A DNA stretch of 64,000 nt, from assembly GCA_973895155.1 (NCBI GenBank), contig OZ316892.1:14748861-14812860 (forward strand), in the 5' to 3' direction. This stretch comes from Marsupella aquatica. Its lineage: Eukaryota; Plantae; Marchantiophyta. The stretch's first letter is position 1. Every line of letters starts with the position of its first letter. Shown piece by piece: positions 60,346 through 64,000 of this stretch. The translations under genes were made by a program, and so were the position numbers. Under the pieces are notes generated by a model. That model was not told the DNA's origin. It did no database searches and saw only the letters and a program-made list of their open reading frames with translations.

Positions 60346-63300
60346 ATGTCTCTGCTCCGCACTGTCCATCCTCGAGCTTTAGAGTGCGCAGGAGGAGGAG
60401 GACGAGCGAGGGTAGCAGCAGCTCGCTTCGCGTATTTCGGTGTCGTATCAGCGGAACTGTATCATTGCAGAGGCGACACTCGCGGAGGATTGGTTCGGAT
60501 TGTTAGCGAGCCGGTGGCTGTTGGTCGTGTGGAGAAGCGTAGAGTCGATTTGAGGCAGCAGCAGCAGCAGCTCGGTGGTCTTGGAGTCCACCATTACCGT
60601 TTCTCCCTATTGCGGAGAGGGAGCGGCGGTGCGCGTGGCATTTTCAGCTTGTTGGGATCTGAGGAGAGAGGAGAGACGCCGGCCACGATGGGGAAGGAGA
60701 CCGTCGCGGAGGAGCTCGTTGAGTTCATCAATGCTTCGCCGACTGCCTTCCATGCCGTCCGTGAGTTTTTAACCTCTCTCGTATTCTCGCTCTTGACCTA
60801 TGGTGTCTTTAACGACGCACCATGTTAAGAAAAGTCAATAAGAGAAAACATCGGTGAGTCAGTAAGCGAAACAAGCAAATGCGAATGAGGATTTGGATAG
60901 AGAAACTATCTGAGAGTGAGAGACTCGGAATAGGAATTTAAATAATTCTAAAGTCCAGTGGTCTCAAGGATTTGAGTACTTGCGAAGTTGCACTTCCCGG
61001 TACTCTTGTCCCATTCTAAAAGGGTTTCGGGTCATAACGAGGCTTTGAAATTTACATTCTGGCGAGTTTGTGTATAGGCTGCATTGTGTGCTGTGGGATT
61101 TTTCGCGCCGTCAGTCTTTGTCCGGTATCAGGTTAGCTTGTTGAAACTACCAATTGTTACCGTGGCGGTAAATTGGAGCTCAGGAGCTGTGACTGATGAA
61201 TGCAAACGATTGGAAGAATCTCCTTGGACTAGATCGTACTAGTTCGTTTGTGGTCACTGCCCACAGATTGCCGGACGGGAAACTTATCCCACGTAGTTCA
61301 AACGCTAATCTCTACTGTGTAGCACTCATTTTGTTATCTTAGTCTAGACCGGAGATATGGCTTACGCTTCCACTCAATTCGAGAATTCGAAGCTTTGAAA
61401 CCCTTACACACATCTACCGAAACCTGTGACGTCCATTGTGGGAGAAAGGGATTAAGTAGTCACTTTTGGAACTACTGAGTTGTGCAGGCGAGTCCAAGAC
61501 TAGGCTGTTGGAAGCAGGTTTTGTCCAATTATCTGAGCGAGAGACATGGAAATTGGAACTTGGGGGCAAATACTTTTTTACACGTAACCATTCTACAATT
61601 CTGGCCTTTGCGATTGGAAAAAAGTATGTGTACCCGTCCTTGTTATCGAGATTATTGCATGACGACTATACATTAATCAATTTCTTGATATCCTGTAATT
61701 TCGACCAGTTTAAGCGTAAGGAAATAACTTGTGTTTCCATCGGACATTGCAATTGACCTTGGCTAGACCACCCGAACTGTGCAGATTCGAGGCGGGCAAG
61801 GGATTTCTGGCAATTGGAGCGCACACGGACAGTCCTTGTCCAAAACTGAAACCTGTCTCGAAGGTACGTCTACTGCAGATTTGCAATGAGGCCTAGTTGT
61901 CTGTTGATTGTCAAAAGCTGGTTGGGGTTTAGGGTTTTAGGTTTAGGGTTGAGGTACCTCTGCTTGTTCTGTTGTAGTGAGATTTGTAAGTCTACACCTA
62001 ACAGTGATTAGTATGATTGTGTGCGTGTACTGGACGGGGTTACTTGGGGTATGACCTCTGTGGAGATTGTTTTTGTTTCGGTGATAGGATAGTACAGATA
62101 ACAAAGAATAATGCACCTCTTAGACAATTGCCTTATCTTGCTCATTTTCCAGCCGTTGCAACTTCGCTTCGTCTCAAAGACTTCTCCTTTGGAAGAGAAT
62201 ACAGATCCCCCACACCTGGAAAAGTGCAGAGTATGCAGGGTTTCCAGGTTAGGAGGAGACGACATCTGTTTTACTGAAGCTGTGAAGTCTCTGTTGGCTG
62301 GGAGGTGGAGTGGAGCAATAGAAATGTAGTAGAATGGTCTGGCCGGTGCTGTGAAAGAGACCTTTGCAAGAAAGGACTACACATTTTGGAGGTGTACAGC
62401 GCATGTATGTCGCTATATGGATCAAGTTTTCAGGATTTGTGTTTGATCAGTTTCTGGTGGCAGGTAGCCAAAGGAGGTTACTTGGAGATCGGAGTCCAGA
62501 CGTATGGTGGGGGTTTGTGGCACACGTGGTTTGATAGGGATTTGACTGTGGCTGGTCGAGTTGTCGTCAGGCGAGCGAAGGATGGAACAGAGTCATTCTC
62601 GCATGAGCTGGTCAGAGTTCCACGCCCAATCCTCCGGGTTCCCACTCTGGCCATTCATCTGGACAGGTGCTGCATTCTGTTTCAGAATTGTGATCTGCCC
62701 TTAAGCTTATGGTGAAATATTACTTCAAGATAATGTACCATGAGAATTTATGCAGTGCACCAAACATTTCATGCAAAATTAAAAATGCGGTAAGACTCCA
62801 TGAGTTTGGATTGTGTGGGATGGCCCATCTCAAGATTATATCAACCTTCTTGGACGTCTTGATTGCAGAGGGGTTCTCGAGAGTGGTTTCAAGGTCAACA
62901 CCCAGACTCATCTTGTACCAATCTTGGCAACTGCGATCAAGGTCAGTCGATGTCCTCTGGGTTCTTGTAATCATTCACGTGCTATTGCACTCAATTGTGG
63001 ATCGCAATATCATTGAACCACAAGTCGTTTTCAAGGAAACCTCCTCATCAGCAGACGTAGATTGGATTCAGATCCTCTTGGGATTTCCATTGAAGGAGAT
63101 TATGTGTTGTTTATTACGAGTCAATCGTGTGCAGATAGCTTAACAAGGAATTTGATTAAATGCAATGACTCTTGGTACGTCTGATACGTCTGCTGTAACT
63201 TCTTTCTTGATTTTCAAGTGTAGCTGGGAAGGAACAAGTCGGTTCTGCTCTTGCTAATAAACACTACATGACAACAGGAAGAGGCAAGCAAGCCTGTACC

Positions 63301-64000
63301 ACCTACTCCTTCTGGTGATGGCAATGGTGGAAGTGAGAAAAAGGTTTCCAAGACTTCCAATCATCATCCACTTCTTTTGCAAGTAAGTTGAAACTTCTGG
63401 TGACGTCCAGTAGTTTTGGTAAAGTGCACTAGTATCATAGATAAGCAAAAGAAGTTTGTTTCTTGCTTTCTTCCCGGACTATAGTTGTTGTACATTTCTT
63501 TCTCAAATGACCGCATTGGGTTTCCCCTAAATGATATCCTGCAACCGTTTACTATAATGATTTGGGGTCTGACATCAAAGCAAAATTGATGCTGCGTACT
63601 CGCAGGTTTTGGCAGAGCAGCTTGACTGTCATCCAGAAGATATTACCACCTTTGACTTGGATGTCGTTGATACGCAACCAAGTGCGATTGGTGGGGCCTT
63701 GAATGAGTTTATCTTCTCTGCCCGCTTAGACAACCTGTGCAGTTCATTTTGTTCTTTGAAGGTGAGCTTGTCTGATATTTTAAGGATTGACTTGTGGATA
63801 CATGGTCCTGTTTTCATGTGCGCTTAGTGTATTGCAAGCAATATGCATGCAAGAAATGTCAGGCATTTCAGGCTAGAGCTTGAACATATTATGAACCCAT
63901 CGTATGCAAGTTTCCTACAATTCCATCTTGTGCCATTTGATAATTGCAGGCCTTGATTGATGCCTCCTCAAGTGAAGGCGCTCTTGACGGGGAGACAGGC
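60346..64000 (+). CDS. Aspartyl aminopeptidase (peptidase M18), 3'-truncated by the window
   Basis: Exons 60346-60760, 61488-61623, 61785-61863, 62464-62666, 62869-62941, 63278-63382, 63606-63761 and 63950->64000. Motifs [53 protein letters not shown] and ARLDNL. The start codon is uncertain (60220, 60346 or 60688). Confidence 0.95.

Noticed and set aside
61925-61952. TTTAGGG-like repeats in an aminopeptidase intron
   Set aside because: Only 3-4 imperfect units; a common telo-box-like motif, not a telomere.

Overview
Eukaryotic nuclear DNA from a land plant. The gene style and TE lineages suggest a non-seed plant such as a bryophyte or lycophyte (inference). Five ordinary genes can be spliced together by hand: a plastid DNL-type zinc-ribbon protein (+, 18177-19780), RPL13/eL13 (-, 22293-23776), a starch synthase of the SS4/SS6 type (+, 32104-37237, 16 coding exons), intronless KRI1 (-, 38989-41013) and an M18 aspartyl aminopeptidase that runs off the window end (+, 60346->64000). 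Two full-length Ty1/copia elements are present, both on the minus strand: an older Tork/Tnt1-like one (10808-16628) and a young Bianca-like one with 114-bp LTRs (49244-55724). There are also several MITE-like and tandem repeats. Two features are invisible in the ORF track. The first is a small-exon, minus-strand single-repeat MYB gene (~5088-7871) with an unusual SRYW...QVRTHAQKYY domain and two in-frame TGA codons in its upstream exons. The second is a 1777-bp non-autonomous Helitron (27653-29429) inside one copy of a ~490-bp tandem duplication, so the other copy shows the empty insertion site. No rRNA, tRNA or CRISPR features were seen. All coordinates were derived by eye.
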